Source of the DNA: a virus
Taxonomy: Duplodnaviria; Caudoviricetes
Direction: 5' to 3' (one strand)
Length of the DNA stretch: 40,836 nucleotides
IMG/VR virus record: IMGVR_UViG_3300005542_000003
Location: 1 to 40,836 of that record
Made by a program: the position numbers and the translations under genes. The notes beneath the pieces are model-generated. The model was not told the DNA's origin and did no database searches. It was given only the letters and a program-made list of their open reading frames with translations. Shown here piece after piece: positions 27,467-37,796 of the stretch (position 1 is the first letter of the stretch; every line of letters starts with the position of its first letter).

Positions 27467-29172
27467 TGGAACAGAATACCGTCTGTTTTCTCCATCACGA
27501 AGCGCGTCGAATACCAACGTATATCTGACGACGGCGCCGTAATGGAGAGCCATACGGACCCAACGTACCCGAGCTTTCCTACGGGTACGGTGAAATTTTG
27601 GGTCACGCTAGTACCCGCCCAAAAATCTTGGTCCCATAGCGATACGTCCCATATAGCGCCGCCAGGGTTAGTAAGTGTGCCGACGGGTACAGGAGGATCG
27701 TTCTGGAAGTTTACATTTAAAGCGCATGACAATGGAGGCGTACCGTCAGCCGATATGGCGAAACTAACGAAGTGAAACAGCTTGTCCATTTCGCCACGGT
27801 CGTACTTGTCGTCAAAATTATTCCACGCTTGACGACATGAAGCTGTTATGGGCTGGCCGTTATCTTCCGCCCCAACGAACGCTTGCACGATGCGACCATC
27901 ATAAGTACCGAAATACGGCTGACGGTCTAGAAGTGTCCAGGCAAGCGCATTCCACCCCGTAAACCTACACCACGAGCCATTATTAGTATTCATGACGTAC
28001 TGAATATACAGACCTTCCATCGTACTCGTGGTCGGCATATTCAATATAAGCGCGTTTCCCTCCGGGTACGAAAGTGCAGTCCAACCGTGAGTTGTACCGT
28101 ACTTTGTGAAGTCTTGGTACAGGCGACCGAGCTTCGCCGTAATGTACTGATCGCTGCCTTCTTCCTCGCCCATCTGGCGTAATTCGGAGACTGTCGATAC
28201 GCCCTCCTCAGTCATAAGGTACACGTCAGAACGGAATTTGAACCATCCGGTATTACCAAGCGGACGGCCACTAACGTACCTAGCGACAAGAGACCAGTTG
28301 GTAGGATCGGACGGGTCGATACCGGAGTACATAATGTACTCGCCCTCGGTAGTGATGAATATGGCGTAATCAGATGGACCGACGCCAGCATCCGTTTGCG
28401 AGATAGACGCGATGGACAGTAGCGAGCCGCCTAGAAGCGACTGCTGCGATAGATCGAAGAACGTGGCTTCGCCTTGTACAGCGCCAACGTCCAAGTACCA
28501 AAATCCAAGCGTGTTAAGCTGCCCCATAAGCACGCGACCTTTAAAGACATGCGCGCAAAAGATTTGGTCCTGCGGCTCCAAAGGCATAGGCAGCAATTCT
28601 GGGGGAGGCTCTACGACAGTAGGGATCGGAACCTTCATCCCTGTATACGAGATAAGGTAAGGCACTTTTTTCTTACGCGCGCGCTTAGGCGCAGGCGCTA
28701 AGTGTGCCTCATAACTAGTAACGCCCGTTATTACAAGCGGCGTGATGGATGCACCATCGTACATAACCGGCTGATCCTGACCAGTATATATCAGCAGTAC
28801 TGTAATACCGGCGTTCGAGAACATGCACGTAACCGGCTGATTAGATATGCGGCCAGAAATGAGCGGTGCGGCGGGAGCGTCGGCGTTAGTCACGTCGTAT
28901 ATATGACCCGCGCAGAACGCGAGCATACGGTTGCCGCCCGGACCCGTATATGTTTCAAGTCCCTCGACGGGACCCGGTAGCCCCGTAGCGTGGTTCATAC
29001 ATCCTGGTCGCATATCGCATGACGTGTTGTACGGGAACCAGTTATCTAGCACGTACGCGTCAGTAGGCTGCATATTCGCCAAACCATCGCGACCATTTAA
29101 ACCACCTACTGGAGCCCCCACCGTTACAGGAGCGGACCTAAGCGCACGATTGGGTTTGCGGAGCGCGACCAT
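27463..29172 (-). CDS. Tail nozzle / tubular protein B (P22 gp10-like)
   Basis: APVGGLN.RD N-terminus, beta-rich 569 aa, WD..LWD motif, follows the adaptor. Confidence 0.7.
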   Translation of the reverse strand: MVALRKPNRALRSAPVTVGAPVGGLNGRDGLANMQPTDAYVLDNWFPYNTSCDMRPGCMNHATGLPGPVEGLETYTGPGGNRMLAFCAGHIYDVTNADAPAAPLISGRISNQPVTCMFSNAGITVLLIYTGQDQPVMYDGASITPLVITGVTSYEAHLAPAPKRARKKKVPYLISYTGMKVPIPTVVEPPPELLPMPLEPQDQIFCAHVFKGRVLMGQLNTLGFWYLDVGAVQGEATFFDLSQQSLLGGSLLSIASISQTDAGVGPSDYAIFITTEGEYIMYSGIDPSDPTNWSLVARYVSGRPLGNTGWFKFRSDVYLMTEEGVSTVSELRQMGEEEGSDQYITAKLGRLYQDFTKYGTTHGWTALSYPEGNALILNMPTTSTMEGLYIQYVMNTNNGSWCRFTGWNALAWTLLDRQPYFGTYDGRIVQAFVGAEDNGQPITASCRQAWNNFDDKYDRGEMDKLFHFVSFAISADGTPPLSCALNVNFQNDPPVPVGTLTNPGGAIWDVSLWDQDFWAGTSVTQNFTVPVGKLGYVGSVWLSITAPSSDIRWYSTRFVMEKTDGILFQ

Positions 29173-29882
29173 TACTGCCCATAGCCGTTCTCGGGTATAT
29201 ACCCGATTGGAATTTCAGGAGATTCTATCATACGCCTATACGCCACAGGAAGCGAGCCCATATTCAGCATTTGGGCTAAAACTTGATACCTATTTACCTC
29301 GTAGTCGTTAAACTCCTCCTCATACGCTAAACCTTTAGCGCGACGAATACGCCAGTTAAGACCCTCTGCAACAAGCTCCTCGGACAGAAGTGCAGTATCG
29401 TTATCCAGCCCGTATTGGTAAGTAAGCTGACCGTTAGCTTGCTTTACGTTATTAGTAGTCGTGTATTCTAGAGTAATATGTTCTACTGTCTGAGGTATAG
29501 GCTGAATGTATATCATCTGCGGAAGGCCGTATGTACGGAATTTATACCTACCCAGATTAGTAGGAAAACTCCCGCGTTGCCGCGCCCACTCGGTAGACGA
29601 CAGAGAGCCGCGCAATTGATAATACTGTGATGACAGATACATAGTATCGCCGATTTGTCGTCCGAAGTCCGTTGGAATTGGGTACTTCTGTTGACCTACG
29701 ACCGTATCGAACTCAAACGGCGTTTGTAGCGTAGGCCAGTCCATACGTGACAATTCAGCGAGCGTCTGCCTCGCGTATACGAGCATCTGCCTCGATAGTT
29801 GATCCGTGCTGCTAGCAATAGAAGTAGGACGCGTAAGCCCAATCGCGTCAGCTACTTCCTGGCATACAGACAACAGCGTCAT
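29172..29882 (-). CDS. Head-tail adaptor / tubular protein A
   Basis: MTLLSVCQEV...L....W..L...Y.IP.DF pattern; position. Confidence 0.7.
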   Translation of the reverse strand: MTLLSVCQEVADAIGLTRPTSIASSTDQLSRQMLVYARQTLAELSRMDWPTLQTPFEFDTVVGQQKYPIPTDFGRQIGDTMYLSSQYYQLRGSLSSTEWARQRGSFPTNLGRYKFRTYGLPQMIYIQPIPQTVEHITLEYTTTNNVKQANGQLTYQYGLDNDTALLSEELVAEGLNWRIRRAKGLAYEEEFNDYEVNRYQVLAQMLNMGSLPVAYRRMIESPEIPIGYIPENGYGQ

Positions 29883-29893
29883 ACTGAGGCTCT

Positions 29894-30544
29894 TTAAATG
29901 ATATCGTCGATTATCTTGGCTTTGCCGCTCGTATTTCGCTCGCCAGCGGACTTCTCAAGTTCCTCGATACGCGTCGCAAGGGCTCGTACTTGTTCGTCTC
30001 GGAGCCGAAGTTCCTCGTTCGCCCGATCTAAGTCCGCCGCCAGCTTCGTAGCGTACCCGGTATCCCTCGCCGCCGCGATATACGCCCTGGCCTTCTCGCG
30101 CCACGTACGGCCATCCGGCCCGACTACGGTGAGTTTAGTATCTGGCAATTCCGCCAGCGCATCGACTGTGAAGATGTTAGCCGACCGTAGCTGCATAGCC
30201 ATAGTACGGTTAACTTCCTTCCATTGTGTAATAGGAGTACCAACGAGGTTAGCGTTGACTTCCTCGTCTTTCATGAAGCTGTCGATGTACTCCTTGAATT
30301 GACGATAGTTCATGCCATACGACAATTCCGGCTGGTTCATTTCGTCCGCGTATTTTCGGACTACCTCGAATACAGGCGTACTGTCGCGCGAACCAGGCGA
30401 AATAACTTCGACGTAAATAACTTCGTCGTACATAGGCCGACCGAGTTTTTCGGTAAGGAAATTGTTTTTCGCCGCGTCTCGCCATACGCGTAGTGCGGAG
30501 CCGTCCGGCGTTTTATACTGCGGGTCAGTCAATTCGAGTAGCAT
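29894..30544 (-). CDS. Hypothetical virion-module protein with C-terminal coiled coil
   Basis: aagga SD before ATG 30544; GTPITQW, IFTVDALAELPD. Confidence 0.75.
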   Translation of the reverse strand: MLLELTDPQYKTPDGSALRVWRDAAKNNFLTEKLGRPMYDEVIYVEVISPGSRDSTPVFEVVRKYADEMNQPELSYGMNYRQFKEYIDSFMKDEEVNANLVGTPITQWKEVNRTMAMQLRSANIFTVDALAELPDTKLTVVGPDGRTWREKARAYIAAARDTGYATKLAADLDRANEELRLRDEQVRALATRIEELEKSAGERNTSGKAKIIDDII

Positions 30545-30573
30545 CACGTATTTCCTTGTACGAGAGAGTAGGA

Positions 30574-30614
30574 CTAGCGGGGGCAACGGCGGGGGGCGAC
30601 ATTGCCCCCGCTAG
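30574..30614 (-). terminator. Perfect 13-bp hairpin after the capsid/decoration genes (terminator, attenuator or processing site)
   Basis: ctagcgggggcaa-N15-ttgcccccgctag; weak U tract. Confidence 0.6.
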
Positions 30615-30629
30615 CTCACGCCTACAGAC

Positions 30630-31139
30630 CTAAGTGATCTGTGTCTGGCATGAGGGGTACATCATTGTAGCGTACACCTGCCCGGACGCCGGTACTCCCA
30701 GGGCTGAAGAAATATGCAGCCCGGAAATCTGGCATCCAGCGACAGGAACGCTAGAAACAGAACCGTTCGTAGTAGTAGTGAACGCAGGACCGGCCACAGT
30801 ACCGGCCAAAGCGCTAAGTATAGCAACGCCTGTAAGCTGGAACCATCCGTACTGTCCTGCCCCTATAGCAGCAACCGCTACGGCAAGCGGCTTTGCTGAG
30901 TCTACAGCGAGCGCAGTAGTGAGGCGAGCCACCGTCGCTGATCCAGGCAGTAGATCGAACGCCACTATATCGCCAGCCTTTAGAGACGCGACGCCGGGGA
31001 GGTATATGAAGTCGGCTACCCCTTGTATGTCATCGTACCATTTGGCAATCGTGCCAATTTTCGTAGTAGTTACAGCATCGTCCGGTACGATATCCGAGAG
31101 CCCGAGAGGGGCATTAGGACCCGGTTTCCAGTCACTCAT
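30630..31139 (-). CDS. Capsid decoration / cement protein
   Basis: Directly downstream of the MCP; GQYGWFQLTG; small and beta-rich. Confidence 0.7.
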   Translation of the reverse strand: MSDWKPGPNAPLGLSDIVPDDAVTTTKIGTIAKWYDDIQGVADFIYLPGVASLKAGDIVAFDLLPGSATVARLTTALAVDSAKPLAVAVAAIGAGQYGWFQLTGVAILSALAGTVAGPAFTTTTNGSVSSVPVAGCQISGLHISSALGVPASGQVYATMMYPSCQTQIT

Positions 31140-31211
31140 GTTAGAAGTATCCTTCTAAAAGATTTGTAGGAGCTAAGTAAGCTTTAAAGGCTCTTAGCAC
31201 GCTGAGAACGC

Positions 31212-32186
31212 TTAGGCGCGAAGTACGCCCTGCATCATGCCGCCGGAAAGCGTCATGTTACCGGCCCAACCCATGAGTTGCACCATAGCGTCCTGATTGG
31301 TCGAGAACCGTTGTTTTTCGCCCAACGCGACGTACCTACGCTTCGGATGGTGGCGAAGGTAGATGTAGTCCGTGTTGAGGAAGTACATATGGTTCGTCGG
31401 GCACCCGCCGCCAATACCGCCGTCGTACACCACGTCCGCCGACTGATACCGTAGGCTCTCGAAACCCGCCTGGGCCATGGACGATGACATGAACCGCTGT
31501 TGTGGGAGTAGAGATTCCCAATACATGCGGTAATAGTTGTTGTCCGCCATAACGAGATCAGGACGTTCAGTGCCGCGTACGAGCGTAAGCCACGTACGGT
31601 TCATGTACGAAATGCAGTTCGTCGTATCCATCGCCGCGCCGTAGTCGCCGACCGCGGAAAACGACTGATTACGCCAGAACGTCCATGTAGCCCGATTGAT
31701 ATTCCCGACCGTTCCGACAGTATGCGCGTCGGCCACGAGCAACGCGAGGCCACCGATTGCCTTACCGCCGGCCGCCGTGCCGTCGCCGTACACGGCTTTG
31801 CCCATCTGGTTCTTCATCGTACGTTCAGAGTTCGCAATACGAGACTCAAGTAGGTCGATGAATTGCTCCTCGCCGGAGTTGATCAGTTGCTCCAGACCGG
31901 AGATACTGACAGCTACGGCGTTTTGCTTCCAGTCGTATTCAGCGGCGCTGAATACTTCTTGCGGCGTGATGTTCAGCGTGTCGTACCCGGAGTACCAACC
32001 GAACGTGCCGTTCTCGGCAAATTCGATTTCCTGGATGATACGCGTACCGCCGTCAGCGGGTTTGGCTTTGCCCTTACTCTCCATGCGGTCGAGTAGCGCG
32101 TGAGACTTACTCACGTTGTCGGCGAGAGCACGCGAGCGGTTCTCGATAGTCGTCGTAACGACTTCAGATAGGTTAGGTACGGCCAC
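31212..32186 (-). CDS. Major capsid protein
   Basis: aggag SD with GTG start; TTTIENRSRALADNV, YSGYDTL, YGDGT, YFLNTDY; biased codons; follows the scaffold. Confidence 0.92.
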   Translation of the reverse strand: MAVPNLSEVVTTTIENRSRALADNVSKSHALLDRMESKGKAKPADGGTRIIQEIEFAENGTFGWYSGYDTLNITPQEVFSAAEYDWKQNAVAVSISGLEQLINSGEEQFIDLLESRIANSERTMKNQMGKAVYGDGTAAGGKAIGGLALLVADAHTVGTVGNINRATWTFWRNQSFSAVGDYGAAMDTTNCISYMNRTWLTLVRGTERPDLVMADNNYYRMYWESLLPQQRFMSSSMAQAGFESLRYQSADVVYDGGIGGGCPTNHMYFLNTDYIYLRHHPKRRYVALGEKQRFSTNQDAMVQLMGWAGNMTLSGGMMQGVLRA

Positions 32187-32207
32187 TTCTGGGCTCCTGT
32201 ACAGGGG

Positions 32208-33326
32208 TTATGAGGAAGCGGCGATAGACGCTCGAATAGTATCCCGCAGGCTCATCTGAGCGCCGTCATTGGGATTAGCACCTTGCTGCGATGGAACGCC
32301 AGATTTGACGCTTACGCTAGCAGCACGAGCATTGCCGACCTTTAAAGCCGCCTGTCGCATCCGTTCCGCTTGGCCCACAGTATCAACCGCAGCCTGCATT
32401 TTGGAGCGTACATAGGGTGTACCCCAGCAAGCACGATCATACGCTTCCTGAAGTATCTGGCCTTGTGTCCAGTTGGGGTTTTGCTCTTTCACCATGCTAA
32501 TAAACGGTAGTACGTTGCTACCGAGTTCGTCGAAGTACGGGCGCAGAGGCTTTCCATCCTCGCCTTTCTCCGATGCGAACGCAATAACAGACTGTACTAT
32601 GCTATTATGCGCGGCTTGTTGCTGTTGCGTGTTCCACCCGGTAAGCTGGCCTTCTAGCTGCTGTACTTGCCTTTGTAAAGCAGCTACGGTAGGGTCAACC
32701 TGCTGGATGGCATCAGCACCACGTACTAGTTCTTCGAGGTTTACGCCAGTATTTTCTGCCATGTACTTGATAAAGCCCTTGGCGTCGCGACCAGCGAAGT
32801 CAGAAAGGGCTAGTAGTTGGTTGAGGGCCTGGCTCTCCGTCATACCATTTAAAGCCCACGCTTGGCGGCGTGGAGCTATAAGTTGCTCTACTTGATCCAG
32901 AACAGCGAGCCGCTGCTCCCTTTCCCCGATACCGTCCATAGTACGCGCAAGGTGAGCTTGCGTTTCCGCCGGAAGGGCATGGAAAACATTCGGGTCCAGA
33001 CCCGGAGGCGTGGGTATTGGGGACCCTTGTTCGTGTGTAATAGGTTCGGCTGGTACTCCCGCCGCTTGGCGTACTGGAGCGAACGTGCCGTCTGGATTAC
33101 GTGGTATGCCGTCTTTGCTGGCGACATCTGGCGTGGCTTCCTCGCCCTTTAAAGCACTCGAAATCTGATCCCTGAGCGAAAGTACCTTACTAGGCTCAGG
33201 GTCCTTGACCGTACGTTCCGACTGCCGAGTAAGCCCCTTTACATCGTCTGTTGCCAGTACGATATCTGGGTTCTCATGCTCGCTGTTGAGATCAGAGACG
33301 ATATCAACGTCGTTAGCGTCGGCCAT
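32208..33326 (-). CDS. Capsid scaffolding protein
   Basis: Acidic and helical; RNPDGTF, L.EAYDRACW, SLRDTI; directly upstream of the MCP. Confidence 0.8.
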   Translation of the reverse strand: MADANDVDIVSDLNSEHENPDIVLATDDVKGLTRQSERTVKDPEPSKVLSLRDQISSALKGEEATPDVASKDGIPRNPDGTFAPVRQAAGVPAEPITHEQGSPIPTPPGLDPNVFHALPAETQAHLARTMDGIGEREQRLAVLDQVEQLIAPRRQAWALNGMTESQALNQLLALSDFAGRDAKGFIKYMAENTGVNLEELVRGADAIQQVDPTVAALQRQVQQLEGQLTGWNTQQQQAAHNSIVQSVIAFASEKGEDGKPLRPYFDELGSNVLPFISMVKEQNPNWTQGQILQEAYDRACWGTPYVRSKMQAAVDTVGQAERMRQAALKVGNARAASVSVKSGVPSQQGANPNDGAQMSLRDTIRASIAASS

Positions 33327-33328
33327 AT

Positions 33329-33844
33329 CTAAGTTCCTGCTGTTATGATACTGGAGATAGCAGCGTGTTCCGCTGCCTGTACAGTAGCTTTTTCTCGGTA
33401 AACGTTCTCTGGGAGGGCTTTAACCTCCTCAATATGGCGTTTGATGGCCTCGCCGACCCCGGTAATGGGGATATTTGGGCGAGGCGCAGGCATACGTTCG
33501 TTGCCTACTTCTATAACATCGTGTATCTTTAAATGTTGCCGATGCGCCGACCGGCTAGTGATAATACTATTATCAATCGGGGACTGATACTCGCCTATAT
33601 CACGTATGACGTGTGGACACGGTAAGGCGCTCTGTCGCGCATGGCCGCGATCATCCCAATATACGTAGCGGCGACCATCGTATCCGACGTATGTGTGAAT
33701 GGCAGCTACAATACCGTGCTCTACAGCATGAACATAAGTACGACGGCCTTGCCAACCGGCGGGGTACTCACGAATGCCGTAGCGGTCGTCCATTGCCCAT
33801 CCTCCGACCTCGTGCCCCGTAGGCCGCTTCCCCGAGTACGTCAA
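33329..33844 (-). CDS. Hypothetical head-module protein
   Basis: DIGEYQSPIDNSIITSRSAHRQHLK..EVGNE; ATGA overlap with the portal. Confidence 0.7.
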   Translation of the reverse strand: MTYSGKRPTGHEVGGWAMDDRYGIREYPAGWQGRRTYVHAVEHGIVAAIHTYVGYDGRRYVYWDDRGHARQSALPCPHVIRDIGEYQSPIDNSIITSRSAHRQHLKIHDVIEVGNERMPAPRPNIPITGVGEAIKRHIEEVKALPENVYREKATVQAAEHAAISSIITAGT

Positions 33845-36174
33845 GGCCCGTCATCGCCAGAAGGCCCCGTCGCCGCGCTAGGGCTGTCCGTGGCGGCCTC
33901 GGGAGCGCCGGACCCTCCCTCTCCCCCTTCCGGCGCTCCCTGCCCCTCCTGGGCCGCTTGGGCGGCATCCGCCTTGATCTGATCAGCCGCCATGGTCTCC
34001 TGAGTGTCCAATTTCGCGTACTCGATTTCTTCTTGACGTACGGCTTGATCCACTTCGGCTTGTACGCCCATTTCGGCGATAGCAGCTTCGTGCAGGGCGG
34101 TAAACTTTAAAGTATCCGCATTCTCACGAGCCACTTGATCGCCACGTAGATTAGATATGGCCTTCGCCGCAGATTCTTTATCGCGTATAGCAAGCTCTTG
34201 CTGGCGTAATTGCAGTTCGAGCATCTTCTCCGCATGGCGGTTTTGCTCGGCTATGGCCGCAGCGGCATTAGTCGCTTGCTGGTGCTGGTCACGTAGTTGC
34301 AACTCAGCTTGCTTCGTCTGGCTTTCGGACTGGATACGCGCTTGTTCCGTCTGTTGAGCCATTTGTGCAACTTGGAGCTGTACTTGAGCCTTCGCTTGGC
34401 TTCCGTCCTTATCCTGGTTTTGCGGCTGCATGGCATTATTTTGCAACGCCTGTTGTACTTTCTCAAATTCATCCTCGATTGGCCTGGATGACGGGAATGT
34501 ACGCACGACAAACATGAGCATAGCGCCGAGTAACGGTCCAAGCTCCGGTGTGGCAGTTGCAGCCGGTACTGCCTGCTGTAAGAACGCACCCGCAGCCGAC
34601 AGAAATGCCGTACGGTCGGCTCGCTCGCTAGCGTCGTCAGCTAGCAAAGTACTATCCGTCTCAATATCTATAGTGGAAGTACGACGTAGTTCTGATTTAA
34701 TAAGATCTGTAGCTACTTTAAATGTCTGTATGTTCTGCTGCATAGAGGGACTATTAGCCACTTCAACCGGATCAGGTATACCGATACCGGAGAAAATCGC
34801 TATAGTCATCGGATCACAGTGTTCCGATATTACCTCGCCAGCTATAGCTATCAGGTCCCTGGCAAAACGTTGTACTTCATTCTGCATCTGCTTGACGCGA
34901 GCACTCGACCAGTCGTTCTTGATGTTCTGTGCGCCAAGTGTTTCAGACGCCTTCGTTACGCCACGTTGTATGTCGGAAAAGCCGGTTATCTCGTATATTT
35001 CCGCCTTCGCAACCTCGCGAGCGTTCTGTAGTTGCGTGAGCGTTTGTACGATGGCATCCAGCGGCAACCACTCTACGGAGCCCTTAATACCGCCAGACTG
35101 AGCAAACGCCGCCCACGAGTCCACCGCAATCATGCGATTACCCGACGCGGGGTTAAGTAAGTCATTCAGCTTGGCTTGCGAGCCGTCAAACAGGCCAACG
35201 ACGCGTAAGGCTTCCCCCAGGAGCCTGATACGCTTGGTCATTATGTTAAGTGTCTCAGCTTGAGACTTATACTGCGAATAGAGCGACCGAGGTACGAAAG
35301 TACGAGTATTAGACACGGCCCTTATTGGGCGCGGGCAGGGATAAAACCCCTTTAGCTTTAAAGGATCTGGCTTTGTATCGAGCAAGTCAGCCGGGTAACT
35401 CTCGGCGTACCAATACACGGTCTTATCCGCGCAGTTCCATATCTCCCACGCTTCCGCCGTCTCTGACGGACTGTCCATGTCGCGTGTTTGTCCCTCACGA
35501 ACAGTGTAATTCAGCTTGTTGGCCTTCGTCGCGCCAAAACGCGCCGTAGCGTCGGCTTCAGTCAAGTACAGTCGTCGCGCAACCCACGGCGTTTCCTTCC
35601 ACGAACGCGATACGCCGCACAGAAAATCCTGCCAATACACGTACTCCATCTTGACCATTTCGTCAAGTAGTTCGACGGTCGGGTCGCCGTTCTCGTCCGG
35701 TAGCGGCTTGCCGTCCATACCTACGACGTTGCGGAACCGCGCCTCGTATCGTACCCATGCAGTACCCAGCCCAGGCAGCAAGTAATCCTCAACGACGTTA
35801 GTCATAAGTTCGTCGAAGTCCTCCTCCTTAACCACGTACTCCAAACAGCCCTCAAGTATCCTCGCAGCGAACCGCGCATTGTCCGTCGCCGTATCTGTGG
35901 ACCGCAGCACAACACGAGGCTTCGGCGTAGCCGCGTACAGATTGGGACGTATGGTCTCCGTAGACGAGTACAGAATGTTATACTTGTCTTTTGAATAATA
36001 ATCGTTACCATCAGACTTCTGCATCCTATACGAGTCGATCACTATGTCCCCGGCGTCCCAAAACGTACGAAACCGCTTGCGGGCTCTACCGATCTCGCCT
36101 GACCAGTAAGCCCTATCTGGCGTTTGCGTCGCCGCCGGTTCTTTCGCACCGTACTGCACTACGGTAGTGTTCAT
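33841..36174 (-). CDS. Portal protein (podovirus type, long coiled-coil barrel)
   Basis: Follows TerL; YNILYS, FYPCPRP, IYEITGFSDIQRG..ETLGAQ; start at ATG 36174 (gaggg SD). Confidence 0.9.
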   Translation of the reverse strand: MNTTVVQYGAKEPAATQTPDRAYWSGEIGRARKRFRTFWDAGDIVIDSYRMQKSDGNDYYSKDKYNILYSSTETIRPNLYAATPKPRVVLRSTDTATDNARFAARILEGCLEYVVKEEDFDELMTNVVEDYLLPGLGTAWVRYEARFRNVVGMDGKPLPDENGDPTVELLDEMVKMEYVYWQDFLCGVSRSWKETPWVARRLYLTEADATARFGATKANKLNYTVREGQTRDMDSPSETAEAWEIWNCADKTVYWYAESYPADLLDTKPDPLKLKGFYPCPRPIRAVSNTRTFVPRSLYSQYKSQAETLNIMTKRIRLLGEALRVVGLFDGSQAKLNDLLNPASGNRMIAVDSWAAFAQSGGIKGSVEWLPLDAIVQTLTQLQNAREVAKAEIYEITGFSDIQRGVTKASETLGAQNIKNDWSSARVKQMQNEVQRFARDLIAIAGEVISEHCDPMTIAIFSGIGIPDPVEVANSPSMQQNIQTFKVATDLIKSELRRTSTIDIETDSTLLADDASERADRTAFLSAAGAFLQQAVPAATATPELGPLLGAMLMFVVRTFPSSRPIEDEFEKVQQALQNNAMQPQNQDKDGSQAKAQVQLQVAQMAQQTEQARIQSESQTKQAELQLRDQHQQATNAAAAIAEQNRHAEKMLELQLRQQELAIRDKESAAKAISNLRGDQVARENADTLKFTALHEAAIAEMGVQAEVDQAVRQEEIEYAKLDTQETMAADQIKADAAQAAQEGQGAPEGGEGGSGAPEAATDSPSAATGPSGDDGP

Positions 36175-36184
36175 AACATCACCC

Positions 36185-37693
36185 TCACGCGTCCGCGTAC
36201 TCCTCGCGGGACTGCCATAGATCATTCATCGTGGCGTTCTGCAACAGCTTAAAGTCCGGCGTGGTGGGAGCCCTCGGCTTCACCCGACGCCACGGGCGGC
36301 TCATGAGGCCATACCGCAGCGTATCCGGCGCGTGGTCCTCGCCATCTGTGTTACAGTCCTCCAGATTGTTAAGGTCGTGCTGTAACGCCGGAAGCGTGCG
36401 TATCAAAGCAGCGCAGCCTTTAAAGCAGTACCACATCGGACGCCCAACGCCGTAGTTTATATTATTATCCCCCTCGATCCCGCACAGCCGGTCGCGTACC
36501 ATGTCCCACCCGGCAATGCGGTTGTTATCCGCCTTCCTGAACAGCACGCCGTCACGAGCCATGCGCTCACCGTGCGAAGGTCCTGACTGGCGTGAGAACG
36601 CGCTCGGGTCCAGTACACCGTACGTCGGCGTGTCACCCTTCTCGTATTTCAGTATCTCTGTCGCGATGCGGTTCGCAGGCCAGCGCAGCCCCACGTTCGG
36701 CGTGCCGTTCCAGCCATACAACTCCCTGTATGTAATTACAGCCCCGGCAGGTACTGAGCGCCTGTAGAACGTCAGAGGATCGCCGGGTAACTCGAACTCC
36801 TCACTCACGACAGCGTGCCAGTGTACGCAGAACGGTGTCGCCGAACCCCAGTCCATGCTTCTAAATCTCATCCAGTGAGCAGGCAATTTAAAAGGCTCAA
36901 GTACGTGGTGCTGTAGCGAGAACTCAGGGAAGTACGCGCCTGTAATCACCGACCAGTCGCCGTCCAGCCATGCGCGTACTAGGTCCGGCGAGCCGATCTC
37001 CCGCAGGCGGCTTATGTACCCAGGGTCGTTACGCAGCAGTATCTTGTTGTCGCGCACCTTGCTCGGTATGAACATGCGCGTCGTCGTGTACCCGTCCTCG
37101 TCTGTGTTCTCCAGCACCTCCATACCGAGTGGGCAGGGGTCGATGAAGTACGCCTTGACAGCGTGGTGCCCTACCCCGCCGGGGTTCGCGCTGCACCGAA
37201 TACGTTTGAACGTCACCCCGAGCGCACTGCGTAGACACGCCTTAAGCTTCTTATACGAGTTCAAGTCAGGCCAGTTCGTAAGCTCGTCCCAGCCGATCCA
37301 CGTATACTGGTGTCCCTGATACTTGTCGCAGTCAGACTCGGTATCTACGTGCCGCATCTTCAGCGTAGCACCAGACGGAAACACGAACGTCCGGTCGGCC
37401 ACCTTGTACGTCGCCCCGTAGGCCCGGTATATCTGCTTCGCGCGGGTAATAAGCTCCTCTAACTCGGGATGGGACCGGCGGAATATTATACCCCGCCACG
37501 CCTCCCCCATGTCTATGTCCTGGAGGAAGTCGCCGAGCAGGTAGTCGGACTTACCCCCACCACGAGCGCCACCGAACATAAGCTCCGTCACGAACTGCGC
37601 TGATACGGCGAGAGACTGTGGTCCAGGCTGCGGCTCCCACAGGTCGTCGGCTGTTACAGGACCTAATACAGGGGCGTCTGTAGTGCGTGCCAT
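36185..37693 (-). CDS. terL: Terminase large subunit
   Basis: PQPGPQ, GGARGGGKS, IGWDEL, SANPGG, SMDWG, EDHAPD. Confidence 0.96.
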   Translation of the reverse strand: MARTTDAPVLGPVTADDLWEPQPGPQSLAVSAQFVTELMFGGARGGGKSDYLLGDFLQDIDMGEAWRGIIFRRSHPELEELITRAKQIYRAYGATYKVADRTFVFPSGATLKMRHVDTESDCDKYQGHQYTWIGWDELTNWPDLNSYKKLKACLRSALGVTFKRIRCSANPGGVGHHAVKAYFIDPCPLGMEVLENTDEDGYTTTRMFIPSKVRDNKILLRNDPGYISRLREIGSPDLVRAWLDGDWSVITGAYFPEFSLQHHVLEPFKLPAHWMRFRSMDWGSATPFCVHWHAVVSEEFELPGDPLTFYRRSVPAGAVITYRELYGWNGTPNVGLRWPANRIATEILKYEKGDTPTYGVLDPSAFSRQSGPSHGERMARDGVLFRKADNNRIAGWDMVRDRLCGIEGDNNINYGVGRPMWYCFKGCAALIRTLPALQHDLNNLEDCNTDGEDHAPDTLRYGLMSRPWRRVKPRAPTTPDFKLLQNATMNDLWQSREEYADA

Positions 37694-37694
37694 G

Positions 37695-37796
37695 TTACCT
37701 CGGCATGACTAGCGCAAATACGAACTGCATAAGTACGATCGCCATTATGATCAAGTACACAAATAGAAATATGGCCAGTCCCGTACGTACCTTCAC
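37695..37796 (-). CDS. 33-aa single-TM peptide between terS and terL
   Basis: GTGA overlap with the terS stop; MKVRTGLAIFLFVYLIIMAIVLMQFVFALVMPR. Confidence 0.5.
   Translation of the reverse strand: MKVRTGLAIFLFVYLIIMAIVLMQFVFALVMPR

Noticed and set aside
34430-35101. Long antisense ORFs (this one and e.g. 2189-2734, 6168-6692, 30634-31158)
   Set aside because: They are shadows of well-supported genes on the opposite strand.
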